From: Thermodesulfobacteriota bacterium
GTDB lineage: Bacteria > Desulfobacterota > Desulfobulbia > Desulfobulbales > SURF-16
DNA: 23,331 nt
NCBI GenBank assembly: GCA_040755455.1
Contig: JBFMAY010000051.1
Coordinates: forward strand, 1 to 23,331
Reading direction: 5' to 3'
Positions within the stretch are counted from its first letter, which is position 1; every line of letters begins with the position of its first letter. The notes below the pieces were generated by a model. The model saw only the letters and a program-made list of their open reading frames with translations, was not told the DNA's origin and did no database searches. Shown in pieces: positions 8,705-17,855 of this stretch. The position numbers and the translations under genes were made by a program.

Positions 8705-8771
8705 GTGTTACATAATCCTTGAAAAATATTCCCCGTCTGTTATGGTGTTACAATTTTATTTTTCGTGTTAC
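8705..8771 (+). promoter_or_regulatory. Promoter of the exbB...ABC operon with three NikR-type GTGTTAC half-sites
   Basis: GTGTTAC at 8705, 8745 and 8765 (last two 13 bp apart). -35 TTGAAA at 8719-8724, extended -10 TGnTATGGT at 8738-8746. Confidence 0.65.
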
Positions 8772-9052
8772 CAGCAACAGCTTGTTTATTTTGATTATTT
8801 TCGTTTCCGCTTTTCTGTTCCGCCTGATCGTGCAGCGATGTCTCACGAGCAACGCAATTGAGAACATGAGGAAGGCCGACACTTTGACCGGCTGCAAGAG
8901 ATGCTTGCCCGGAACAGCAACAACAGGCTGGTGGTGGTCAAGACGGCCTACGCCGAGCGGCTCAGCGGGCAAGGGAAAAAGATTTCTGATGGCGGTCATC
9001 ACCTGGGAGTCGTCATTCTTGAACGGTAAAAACCATACAGGAGATTTGAATC

Positions 9053-9478
9053 ATGAAATGGCTTCAGGCTGCCGTCGACTACGGCATCATTGGCTTGCTT
9101 GTCGTGCTCTCGGCTGTCGCCGTGGCCGTAGGCATCGAGCGACACCGGTACCTGAAGGAATGCGACTCCGGGGTATTCATGAACAAGAAAGATCTGGAGC
9201 TGGCCCTCACCAGGAGGATGCACTTCATCGCCACCATCGGCAGCAACGCCCCCTATATCGGGCTGCTTGGCACCGTGCTCGGCATCATGCAGACCTTTTA
9301 TATCATGGGCCGGGACGGCATGATGGACACGGGCAAGATCATGACCGGGCTTGCGCTGGCGCTGAAAGCAACCGCCGTAGGGCTCCTTGTCGCCATCCCG
9401 GCCATCACCATGTACAACCTCCTCATGCGCAAGGCGAGGGAAATCATGCTGGAGTGGGAGAGCCGTCATGGAGGATAA
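9053..9478 (+). CDS. exbB: Short ExbB (MotA/TolQ/ExbB proton channel)
   Basis: ATIGSNAPYIGLLGTVLGIM, LALALKATAVGLLVAIP. AGGAG RBS. Confidence 0.93.
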   Translation: MKWLQAAVDYGIIGLLVVLSAVAVAVGIERHRYLKECDSGVFMNKKDLELALTRRMHFIATIGSNAPYIGLLGTVLGIMQTFYIMGRDGMMDTGKIMTGLALALKATAVGLLVAIPAITMYNLLMRKAREIMLEWESRHGG

Positions 9479-9848
9479 GACCTTCGATACCATCAACGTC
9501 ATCCCCTTCATCGACATCATGCTGGTGCTGCTGGTCATCGTGCTCACCACCTCGACCTTCATCGCCAGAGGCGTGGTCCCGGTGGATCTGCCCCAGGCCG
9601 GCGCCGGGGAAACCGAGACCATCAAGAGCCAGACCGTTGACGTCGATCGGAACGGCAGGATTTTTTTTAACGCCAGGGAGGTGCAAATCGCCGGATTGAT
9701 CTCCAGCCTTGCCGATCTGCCCAGGGAGATGCCGATTCTGATCCGCGCTGACCGGACATTGCCGCTTCAAGGCTTTGTCGAGGTGATGGAGGTGATCAAG
9801 AACGCCGGATTCCGGCGGGTCAGTCTGCAGACCGAGGAACAGCCATGA
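9468..9848 (+). CDS. exbD: ExbD biopolymer transport protein
   Basis: INVIPFIDIMLVLLVIVL, LIRAD. Start taken at ATG 9468, overlapping the end of exbB. Confidence 0.93.
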   Translation: MEDKTFDTINVIPFIDIMLVLLVIVLTTSTFIARGVVPVDLPQAGAGETETIKSQTVDVDRNGRIFFNAREVQIAGLISSLADLPREMPILIRADRTLPLQGFVEVMEVIKNAGFRRVSLQTEEQP

Positions 9849-10603
9849 CCAGGCAAGCCGGGGCCAATCTCATCTCCCTTCTGATCCATGGGATTCTAGT
9901 GGCGTCAGTTCTCGCGATGCCCCATCCGGAGGGGGCTGAGAAGCAGGTCCTGGAACTCGATTTCCGCTTCGTGGCGGCCCTACCCGTACCCGCGCCTGCG
10001 GAAAAGCCGCTCCCCAGGCCAACGCCGACGCCGGTAGTGGAAAAACCGAAGCCGGCAAAGCCTCCGGCCCGGTCATTGGTGAAAAAAACCATAGCCACCC
10101 AGCCGGCCCTTCCCGAGGAAAAACCACTGGCGCATGACGAACTGCAGACCGTGGCCCCTCTCACGGCGAACGGGCCGGCGGACGAAGAGGCGCCTCCGAC
10201 AAATGCAGCAACGGACCCAGGGCCGCCGACGCCCCCTGCCGACGCCAAACCAGCCGGAACTTCCGTTGCCACGGCCTCTCAGGCAGCGCCTGCCCCGCGC
10301 GATGTCCCCTTTGGCGAAGACTCGGGCCCGGCGTTCGCCAAACGCGTTCCACCCGAATACCCGCAGCAGGCGAGGCGCATGAGACGACAGGGCAAGGTGG
10401 TGCTCCGCCTCACCATCGACGAGCATGGAAATCTCGCCGAAGCGAATATTGTGGAGAGCGGCGGCCCGGCGTTCGACGAGGCCTCGCTCAACGCGGTCCG
10501 GGCCTCGAGCTATCGCCCGGCCATGGTGCATGATACCCCGGTTGCCAGCTCCGCCCTTCTTACCATCCAGTTTCAACTGATTTCGAACAAGGACGAGGGA
10601 TGA
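9845..10603 (+). CDS. tonB: TonB energy transducer
   Basis: N-terminal TM with SLLIH, Pro-rich linker, C-terminal PEYPQQARR..QGKVVLRLTID, FDEASL. Confidence 0.92.
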   Translation: MTRQAGANLISLLIHGILVASVLAMPHPEGAEKQVLELDFRFVAALPVPAPAEKPLPRPTPTPVVEKPKPAKPPARSLVKKTIATQPALPEEKPLAHDELQTVAPLTANGPADEEAPPTNAATDPGPPTPPADAKPAGTSVATASQAAPAPRDVPFGEDSGPAFAKRVPPEYPQQARRMRRQGKVVLRLTIDEHGNLAEANIVESGGPAFDEASLNAVRASSYRPAMVHDTPVASSALLTIQFQLISNKDEG

Positions 10604-10788
10604 TGGCTGCGCCAGCCGCCTGGAGGCAGAAGGTGCCATAGTGCCATCCTGTGGCCTCCTGGCAGAGGCAAATGGCTACCATGCAAGCCGAGGCGGCCGC
10701 AATGACTCTTGTCAGAAATCAAGACATGACATGACCAGGTTTTTTAAACGTTTGAGCGTTCGAACATTAATCACCAAAAAAGGAGAAA

Positions 10789-12834
10789 ATGGAAATGAAA
10801 CTGAGGAGAAAGGAAAGATGGCTGCTGGCCGGGCTGGCCGCCGCCGGGGTGGTCATGCCGCTGACCGTGCAGGCGGATGATGCGGTGGTGCTCGATACCA
10901 TCACGGTCAAGGGGGAGGCGATTTCTGCGGCGAGCGAGCCCATCACCGTTAATGTCATCGACGCGGAGAACCTGGAGGAGCTCAAACTGCTACGTCCGGA
11001 ACAGTTACTGGAACTTGTGCCGGGCATCGAGATCCACAATTACAACCAGGGCGGCGTTGCCAATGAATTTGAGATGCGTGGGTACAGCAACTGCGGCCAT
11101 GGCGGAGATGCCGCCATCGCCATCGACGGCATCCCTCTCAATGAAGGACAATCTCATGCCGATGGCTATGCGGACATGAATATCATCATTCCGCTGGAAA
11201 TTGACCATGTCGATGTTTTCAAAGGCCCCTCTTCCCCATTGTTCGGTAATTTCGCCAGGGGCGGGGCCATCTCCTTCAACACAAAAAAAAGCGGAGAATA
11301 CAATATATTCCAGGCCATCGGCGGTTCCTATGACACCTATGATCTCCAGTCCGTCTTCGGCCATGCCATAACCGACACCATCCATAATAACACCGCCCTG
11401 CAGTTTGCCACAACCGACGGCTACCAGGATCACTCATCGTGGCAGCGTGGCAATTTCAGCACCCGTTTCGGCTGGCAGACCACGCCCAGGCTCGACACCG
11501 CCGTTTCCCTGCGGGTGCATCGCTCCGAGTGGGACGCGCCGGGCTACATCCCCGAGTACCAGTTCGAGGACGAGGACGACTCCCGCCACCAGGCAATCAA
11601 TGCCGAGGATGACGGCGGCGACAAGACCTTCACCACCCAGCGGCTCGACCTGGGCTATGATCTGACCAGCGCCAGCCGTCTCCTTGCCTGGACCTATGCG
11701 ACACAACAGGATTTCACCCGTTTTCAAAAGATGGGCATTGCAGCCGGAGGCCAAAAGGAAAAACATAATGAGCGTTCTGTTTATGGCGCCGGGACGAGCT
11801 ATAATTACGAGGGGAAACATGCTGGCAAGGATGTGAACGGCGTTGCCGGCATCGAGTATTTTCATGAAGATACCGACACCCTTGACTACAATACCTCAAA
11901 CCGGGTCCGTACTTCGCAGATTACTGATCGTAATTTCGTTATCGATACCTTGTCTGTTTTCGGCCAGGCGGATTATGCCCTTCATCCTCTTTTCAAACCC
12001 TGGCTTGGTTTTCGTTACGACACTTTCGGCGGTGACTATACCAACAATGACCCTGGCTCCACGCCTTTCTCCAGTGGGATGAACGATTATGAGCATCTGA
12101 GTCCCAAAGTCGGTTTCCACAGTGAACTGCTCAAGACCCTGGACTTCCGGGCAAGCTTTACCCAGGGCTTTGCCCTGCCGGCGGATGCGGACAAATACAA
12201 CAGCGCCATCGGCAGTGAGCCCCAGACCATCAATCAGTATGAAGCAGGCCTCAACTTTTCACCCTCCCGGATGTTTACCGCTGATCTGGCGGTCTTCCGC
12301 ATTGATAACTTGGACGAAATCCAGGAGACCTGGTCTGGTTCCGGCATCTATGAGGCGCTTGGCGAAACCATGCGTGAAGGCCTGGAGCTCTCCGCGGTGC
12401 TCAGGCCATGGGTTGACGGCTTTGAGGTGTTCGGTGATCTTACTGTCACGGATACGGAAGTCATAAAGAATAACAACCCAGCACTGGTGGGGAAGGAGGT
12501 TAAAGGAGTGCCGGATTACACCTCCAACCTGGGAGTACGTTATCTGGCCGAATCCGGAGTCAACACCCAGATTAAATGGCAACATGTGGACAGCTACTAT
12601 ACCGAAAGCACAAACCTCCACAGCTATGACGGTTACGATGTGACCGATTTCAGCATCAGCTATGGCGACAAAACAAAAAATGGCACAAAATGGCGGGCCG
12701 GGCTGGATATCGATAACCTCTTTGACGAACACTACAGCGAGGCCGTCATATTCTACAGCAGTCTAAGCCCCACCAATCTCTATGCAGTAAGCCCGCCCCG
12801 GACATACTGGCTGCGGCTGACCCTGGAGATGTAG
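10789..12834 (+). CDS. TonB-dependent outer-membrane receptor, probably for nickel or a metallophore
   Basis: Signal peptide, TonB box LDTITV, plug RGYSNCGHGGD..IDGIPLN, VFKGP.S.LFG, C-terminal DNLFDEHY...PRT. Substrate is inferred from context only. Confidence 0.9.
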   Translation: MEMKLRRKERWLLAGLAAAGVVMPLTVQADDAVVLDTITVKGEAISAASEPITVNVIDAENLEELKLLRPEQLLELVPGIEIHNYNQGGVANEFEMRGYSNCGHGGDAAIAIDGIPLNEGQSHADGYADMNIIIPLEIDHVDVFKGPSSPLFGNFARGGAISFNTKKSGEYNIFQAIGGSYDTYDLQSVFGHAITDTIHNNTALQFATTDGYQDHSSWQRGNFSTRFGWQTTPRLDTAVSLRVHRSEWDAPGYIPEYQFEDEDDSRHQAINAEDDGGDKTFTTQRLDLGYDLTSASRLLAWTYATQQDFTRFQKMGIAAGGQKEKHNERSVYGAGTSYNYEGKHAGKDVNGVAGIEYFHEDTDTLDYNTSNRVRTSQITDRNFVIDTLSVFGQADYALHPLFKPWLGFRYDTFGGDYTNNDPGSTPFSSGMNDYEHLSPKVGFHSELLKTLDFRASFTQGFALPADADKYNSAIGSEPQTINQYEAGLNFSPSRMFTADLAVFRIDNLDEIQETWSGSGIYEALGETMREGLELSAVLRPWVDGFEVFGDLTVTDTEVIKNNNPALVGKEVKGVPDYTSNLGVRYLAESGVNTQIKWQHVDSYYTESTNLHSYDGYDVTDFSISYGDKTKNGTKWRAGLDIDNLFDEHYSEAVIFYSSLSPTNLYAVSPPRTYWLRLTLEM

Positions 12835-12838
12835 GGTC

Positions 12839-14437
12839 ATGCATGGCATTCACTGTCTCACCGCCGCGTTTCTCTGTCTGCTGCTGCTTGCCACCCTTGG
12901 CTGCAGGCAGCAGCAGGAATCCCACTCCATGCCCCCGGCCCTCACCCTGGCCGTGGGCGGGGAAAACCCGGAAGGTTATGACCCCACCCTGGGCTGGGGC
13001 AGTTACGGCAACCCTCTGTTTCACAGCACCCTGCTCAGGCGCGATGCGGACCTCAACATCGTGCCCGATCTGGCAACTGAGTGGAAACTGGCGGAGAACC
13101 GGCTGACCTGGACCGTCACCATCCGGCCGGACGTGGTTTTTTCCGACGGCTCGCAGCTTTCCGCCCGGGATGTGGCCTATACCTTCAATACGGCCGCCTC
13201 GGCCGGGGGCGTGCTCGACCTCGCCAATCTTGACAAGGCGGAGGCGGTTGATGATATCACAGTACAGCTCCACCTCAAGCAGCCGGACATCACTATTATC
13301 CACTATCTCATCACCCTGGGCATCGTGCCGGAAAAACTGCACGGCCCGGGCTACGGCCGTAATCCAGTGGGCTCAGGGCCATACCGGCTGGTACGCTGGG
13401 ATGAGGGCCAGCAGATGATTGCCGAGGCCAACCCCTATTACTATGGGGTACAGCCGACCATCAAACGGCTCATCTTTCTCTTTAGTGGCGAGGACGCGGC
13501 ACTGGCAGCAGCCAAAGCGGGAAGGGTCGATGTGCTGGCCGTTCCCTCAAGTCTGGCCGCCCAGATGATCCCCGGCATGAAGCTGCATGTGGTGAAAAGC
13601 GTGGACAACCGGGGGCTGATGTTTCCCTGCGTGCCGGATACCGGCGTTAAAACCCCGCGCGGACTGGCCAGGGGCAACGACGTCACCGCCGATGTGGCCA
13701 TCCGCCGGGCGGTCAACTTCGCCATTAACCGCCAGGCCCTGGTTGACGGGGTGCTGGAAGGCTTCGGTCGGCCGGCTTTCGGGGCGGTGGATGATCTGCC
13801 CTGGGACAACCCGACGGTCCGCTTCAGGGACAATGATGCTGAAAAGGCCGGGTCCATTCTGACAGAGGCCGGCTGGGTGGATCGTGATGGTGACGGGGTG
13901 CGGGAAAAAGACGCCGTCAAGGCCCAGTTCACCATTGTTTACAATGCCACGGACAGTCTGCGCCAGGGGCTGGCCCTGGCCGTGGCCGACATGTTGCGCC
14001 CGGTGGGCATCCGGGTCGTACCCAGGGGGGAGAACTGGGACCGTATCAAAAACGAACTGGTGCACAGCGATGTGGTGGTCTTCGGCTTCGGCGGTCACAG
14101 TCCGCTGGAGATGTACAAGCTCTATCACAGTCCGGGGGCCGAGCCGTCCTACTGGAACGGCGGCTTTTACAACAATGCCGTGGTGGACCGCTATCTTGAC
14201 CAGGCCAGGGCGGCCGCCTCCTTTGCCGACTCCATCCAGCTGTGGCAGAAGGCCCAATGGGACGGCCGGACGGGATTCGCCGTGGCCGGCGACGCCGCCT
14301 GGGCCTGGCTGGTCAACCTGGACCACACCTATTTCATCAACCAGTGCCTGGATGTGGGCGGATCACAGATGGAACCCCACGGCCACGGCTGGCCCATCAC
14401 CGCCAATATCAACGAGTGGCAGTGGACCTGCAACTGA
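12839..14437 (+). CDS. ABC transporter substrate-binding lipoprotein, NikA/DppA/OppA family
   Basis: Lipobox LATLGC, PDLATEW, FSDGSQLSARDVAYTF, PVGSGPY, IRRAVNFAINR. C-terminal EPHGHGW. Confidence 0.92.
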   Translation: MHGIHCLTAAFLCLLLLATLGCRQQQESHSMPPALTLAVGGENPEGYDPTLGWGSYGNPLFHSTLLRRDADLNIVPDLATEWKLAENRLTWTVTIRPDVVFSDGSQLSARDVAYTFNTAASAGGVLDLANLDKAEAVDDITVQLHLKQPDITIIHYLITLGIVPEKLHGPGYGRNPVGSGPYRLVRWDEGQQMIAEANPYYYGVQPTIKRLIFLFSGEDAALAAAKAGRVDVLAVPSSLAAQMIPGMKLHVVKSVDNRGLMFPCVPDTGVKTPRGLARGNDVTADVAIRRAVNFAINRQALVDGVLEGFGRPAFGAVDDLPWDNPTVRFRDNDAEKAGSILTEAGWVDRDGDGVREKDAVKAQFTIVYNATDSLRQGLALAVADMLRPVGIRVVPRGENWDRIKNELVHSDVVVFGFGGHSPLEMYKLYHSPGAEPSYWNGGFYNNAVVDRYLDQARAAASFADSIQLWQKAQWDGRTGFAVAGDAAWAWLVNLDHTYFINQCLDVGGSQMEPHGHGWPITANINEWQWTCN

Positions 14438-14438
14438 C

Positions 14439-15431
14439 ATGCTCCCGCAGCTGACGAAATTTCTGTTCGCCAAGACCATCCGGCTTGTCCTGCTCGTTGC
14501 CGCGGTTGCGACCCTCTCCTTTGTACTGGCAAGCCACTCACCCATTGACCCGGTGGATGCTTACGTGGGGGCGGCCATCATGAAGGTTTCGCCGGAGCAG
14601 CGGCAAATGATCATTGCCCGCTGGGGCCTTGACCGGCCGCCCCTGGAACGCTTCGGCAGATGGGCCGCGCAACTGGCCAGGGGGGATTTCGGGGTCTCCA
14701 CCATTTTCAACGAACCGGTTACTGCCGTCATCGCGAAGCGCTTTGTCACCTCGTTGTGGCTCATGGCCCTGGCCTGGAGTTTTTCCGGCCTGCTGGGCTT
14801 TGCCCTGGGGCTCATCGCCGGAGCCAGGGAGGACAGCCTGGCGGACCGGCTGATCAGGATCTATGCCTATACCATGGCCGCCACGCCCACCTTCTGGGTC
14901 GGGATGATCCTGTTGATGGTCTTCTCCGTTTACTTAGGCTGGACCCCGGTGTGCTGCGCCTGGCCCCTGGGATTAAGCGCCGAACAGGCAACACTCTGGC
15001 AACGGCTGCATCATCTGCTGCTGCCGGCCGTAACCTTGTCACTGATCGGCATCGCCCAGATCACTCTCCATACCCGTGAAAAAACCATTGAGGCCCTGCG
15101 AAGTGATTACGCCGTCTTTGCCCGGGCACAGGGAGAATCAACCTACGGCATCTGCCGGCGCGCCCTGCGCAATGTGGCATTGCCCGCCGTTACCCTGCAG
15201 TTCGCCTCCCTTGGGGAACTGTTCGGCGGCGCCGTACTGGCAGAGCAGGTCTTCGCCTATCCGGGACTGGGGCGAACCACCGTCGAGGCAGGTATTCGGG
15301 GCGACATTCCCCTGCTACTGGGGATTGTCCTCTTCAGTACGATATTTGTCTTTACCGGCAACTTCCTGGCCGATCTCATCTATCATCTGGTGGACCCTCG
15401 GCTCAGGAAAACAGCAGGGGACTTCTCATGA
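14439..15431 (+). CDS. ABC transporter permease, NikB/OppB-like
   Basis: GLDRPPLERF, GDFGVS, ARAQG (EAA-type loop), EQVFAYPGLG. Start ATG 14439, 1 nt after the SBP stop. Confidence 0.92.
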   Translation: MLPQLTKFLFAKTIRLVLLVAAVATLSFVLASHSPIDPVDAYVGAAIMKVSPEQRQMIIARWGLDRPPLERFGRWAAQLARGDFGVSTIFNEPVTAVIAKRFVTSLWLMALAWSFSGLLGFALGLIAGAREDSLADRLIRIYAYTMAATPTFWVGMILLMVFSVYLGWTPVCCAWPLGLSAEQATLWQRLHHLLLPAVTLSLIGIAQITLHTREKTIEALRSDYAVFARAQGESTYGICRRALRNVALPAVTLQFASLGELFGGAVLAEQVFAYPGLGRTTVEAGIRGDIPLLLGIVLFSTIFVFTGNFLADLIYHLVDPRLRKTAGDFS

Positions 15432-16264
15432 TGACCAACTTTTTGGTTCTGGACCGCAGAACACGCACCATGATGGTCATCCTCGGCTGTCTTGTTCTCT
15501 TCTCCGGAATTTTTCTCGGCGCCTGGCTGTATGGCGAGCAGGGTCAGGTGACCAATCTGCCCCTGCGGAAACTGCCTCCCGGCTGGGATCGGCCATTCGG
15601 GACAGACTGGCTGGGCAGGGACATGTTCGCCAGAACCCTTAAGGGGCTCCGCATCAGCCTGGAGATCGGTCTGGCCGCCGCTACCTGCTCCGCGGGTATC
15701 GCCCTGGCCTTTGGTCTGGCGGCCGCCACCATGGGCAGAATCGTTGACGTTGTGGTAACCTGGTTGTGCGATGTGGGAATGGCCACCCCGCATCTGGTTC
15801 TGCTCATCCTGATATCCTTTGCCTGCGGCGGCGGGGCCAAAGGGGTCATCATCGCTGTTGCCGCCTCGCATTGGCCTGCTCTCACCCGGGTTATCCGGGC
15901 CGAGGTTATGCAGCTCCGAACTTCCGATTACATTAAGCTCTCCCGCCGGCTGGGCAGAAGTTCCACCTGGATTGCACGGCACCATCTGCTGCCCCATGTG
16001 GCGCCGCAGTTCCTGGTTGGACTGCTGCTCCTTTTCCCTCATGCCATCCTGCATGCGGCCGGACTGACATTCCTGGGTTTCGGCATGTCACCGCATACCC
16101 CGGAAATCGGCACACTGCTGGCAGAATCCATGCGGCATCTCTCAACGGGAATGTGGTGGCTGGCCCTGGCTCCGGGGCTGGCCCTTATTATTTCGGTCAT
16201 GGCCTTTGACGTCCTCGGTAATAATGTCAGAGCACTGCTGGACCCGAAAACCCTGCGCGAATAG
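15428..16264 (+). CDS. ABC transporter permease, NikC/OppC-like
   Basis: PFGTDWLGRDMFAR, RHHLLPHV, LTFLGFG. Confidence 0.92.
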   Translation: MMTNFLVLDRRTRTMMVILGCLVLFSGIFLGAWLYGEQGQVTNLPLRKLPPGWDRPFGTDWLGRDMFARTLKGLRISLEIGLAAATCSAGIALAFGLAAATMGRIVDVVVTWLCDVGMATPHLVLLILISFACGGGAKGVIIAVAASHWPALTRVIRAEVMQLRTSDYIKLSRRLGRSSTWIARHHLLPHVAPQFLVGLLLLFPHAILHAAGLTFLGFGMSPHTPEIGTLLAESMRHLSTGMWWLALAPGLALIISVMAFDVLGNNVRALLDPKTLRE

Positions 16265-16275
16265 GAACCCCATCC

Positions 16276-17199
16276 ATGCTTGCAATACAAAATCTTTCCA
16301 TACGGTTTACCCATTACACCTTCGGTCTCAAGAAAAAGGAGGTCTGTGTCGTCCGGGGTCTCGATCTGTCGATTGCGCCGGGACAAGTCATGGCTGTGAT
16401 CGGCCAATCAGGGGCCGGGAAGAGCTTGCTGGCCCACGCCCTGCTGGGTATCCTGCCGCGCAACGCCCGAATCGAAGGGAAAGTATCCTTCAAGGGGCAG
16501 CGGCTGACCCCTGAACGGCTCGCAACCTTGAGAGGAAGTCAGATTGCGCTGATTCCCCAATCGGTCACCTCACTGAACCCGCTTCTGCGGGTAGGGGTAC
16601 AGGTGGCCCGGGCGGCGCGGCTGAGCGGGATTAGCCAAAAGGATGTGCCAACCACTGTTCACCGTGCTTTTGCCCGTTACCTTCTTCAAAAAGAGGTTGA
16701 GACCTGGTTTCCATTTCAGCTTTCAGGGGGCATGGCCCGCCGGGTGCTCACCGCCACCGCCACAGTGGGCATGGCGGACTTGATCCTGGCGGACGAACCC
16801 ACCAGTGGTCTTGATCCGATCACAGCCGGGGAGGCCCTCGGCCATCTGCGCGAACTGGCAAACACCGGCAAGGCCGTACTGCTTATCACCCACGATATTG
16901 AAACAGCCCTGCAAGTCGCCGATATGGTAACGGTATTCTGTGCCGGTACCACCGTGGAAGTGGCCAGGGCAGAGGACTTCAAAGGCCTTGGCCATCTTCG
17001 CCATCCCTATACCAGGGCTCTCTGGGCTGCCCTGCCTACCAACAGTTTTATCGGCACCATGAAGCCCATCGAAAGGACATCCGATACTGGCGGCTGTCCT
17101 TTCCGTCTCTGCTGTAATGACCAGGATGCCGTCTGTGGCCAGAGCGCGCCCGAACTGAAACGGACGGGTGAAGGATGGGTGAGGTGTCACCATGCTTGA
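16276..17199 (+). CDS. ABC transporter ATP-binding protein, NikD/OppD-like
   Basis: Walker A GQSGAGKS, LSGGM, ADEPTSGLD, HPYTRAL, C-terminal Cys motif GCPF..C..C...CH. Confidence 0.93.
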   Translation: MLAIQNLSIRFTHYTFGLKKKEVCVVRGLDLSIAPGQVMAVIGQSGAGKSLLAHALLGILPRNARIEGKVSFKGQRLTPERLATLRGSQIALIPQSVTSLNPLLRVGVQVARAARLSGISQKDVPTTVHRAFARYLLQKEVETWFPFQLSGGMARRVLTATATVGMADLILADEPTSGLDPITAGEALGHLRELANTGKAVLLITHDIETALQVADMVTVFCAGTTVEVARAEDFKGLGHLRHPYTRALWAALPTNSFIGTMKPIERTSDTGGCPFRLCCNDQDAVCGQSAPELKRTGEGWVRCHHA

Positions 17200-17827
17200 G
17201 GCCACATCCCTTGCCTATAGATATGGAAAGCAGCGTTCCTGGCTATTTAACGATCTTAATCTGCGGATAACACCGGGGGAGATTGTCGGGATGTCCGGCC
17301 CAAGCGGCCGGGGGAAATCCACCCTGGCAAAGCTGCTGGCCGGCTATCTGACCCCCAGCAGAGGAAGCGTGATGGTAGACGGACGACCCCTGCCCGGCTC
17401 GGGCCATTGCCCGGTCCAGCTCCTGTTCCAACACCCGGAACTTGCCGTCAATCCACGGTGGAAGGCGAGGGATATTCTGGCAGAGGCCGGGCCGCCGGAT
17501 GCCGCGCTGCTGCGCGACCTCGGCATTGAACCAGCATGGCTTGCCCGTTACCCACACGAACTTTCCGGCGGCGAACTGCAGCGCATCTGCCTGGCGCGCG
17601 CACTCACGTCGCGCACCCGCTATCTTCTCTGCGATGAGATGACCTCCATGCTCGACCCCCTCACCCAGGCAAGCATCTGGCGAACTGTGCTGGATATCTC
17701 CCGGAGCCGGGAGCTTGGCCTAGTCGTCATCAGCCACGACCAGGCGCTTCTCGGCAAATTGTGTCATCGGAGTGTTTGTTATTTCCAAAACGATCATCTT
17801 TCATCTGCTTGTTTACTCGCTACATAA
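17192..17827 (+). CDS. ABC transporter ATP-binding protein, NikE-like (short)
   Basis: GPSGRGKST, LSGGELQR, LLCDEMTSMLD, ISHD. Confidence 0.92.
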   Translation: MLEATSLAYRYGKQRSWLFNDLNLRITPGEIVGMSGPSGRGKSTLAKLLAGYLTPSRGSVMVDGRPLPGSGHCPVQLLFQHPELAVNPRWKARDILAEAGPPDAALLRDLGIEPAWLARYPHELSGGELQRICLARALTSRTRYLLCDEMTSMLDPLTQASIWRTVLDISRSRELGLVVISHDQALLGKLCHRSVCYFQNDHLSSACLLAT

Positions 17828-17855
17828 CCATCATTTATACACAGAGCGTTTCCTT

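Noticed and set aside
8719..9699. 326-aa + strand ORF
   Set aside because: Out-of-frame overlap with clear exbB/exbD, starts inside the promoter, no recognisable motifs.
13884..14438. 185-aa N-terminal extension of the permease
   Set aside because: Alternate frame of the SBP gene; the permease begins at ATG 14439.
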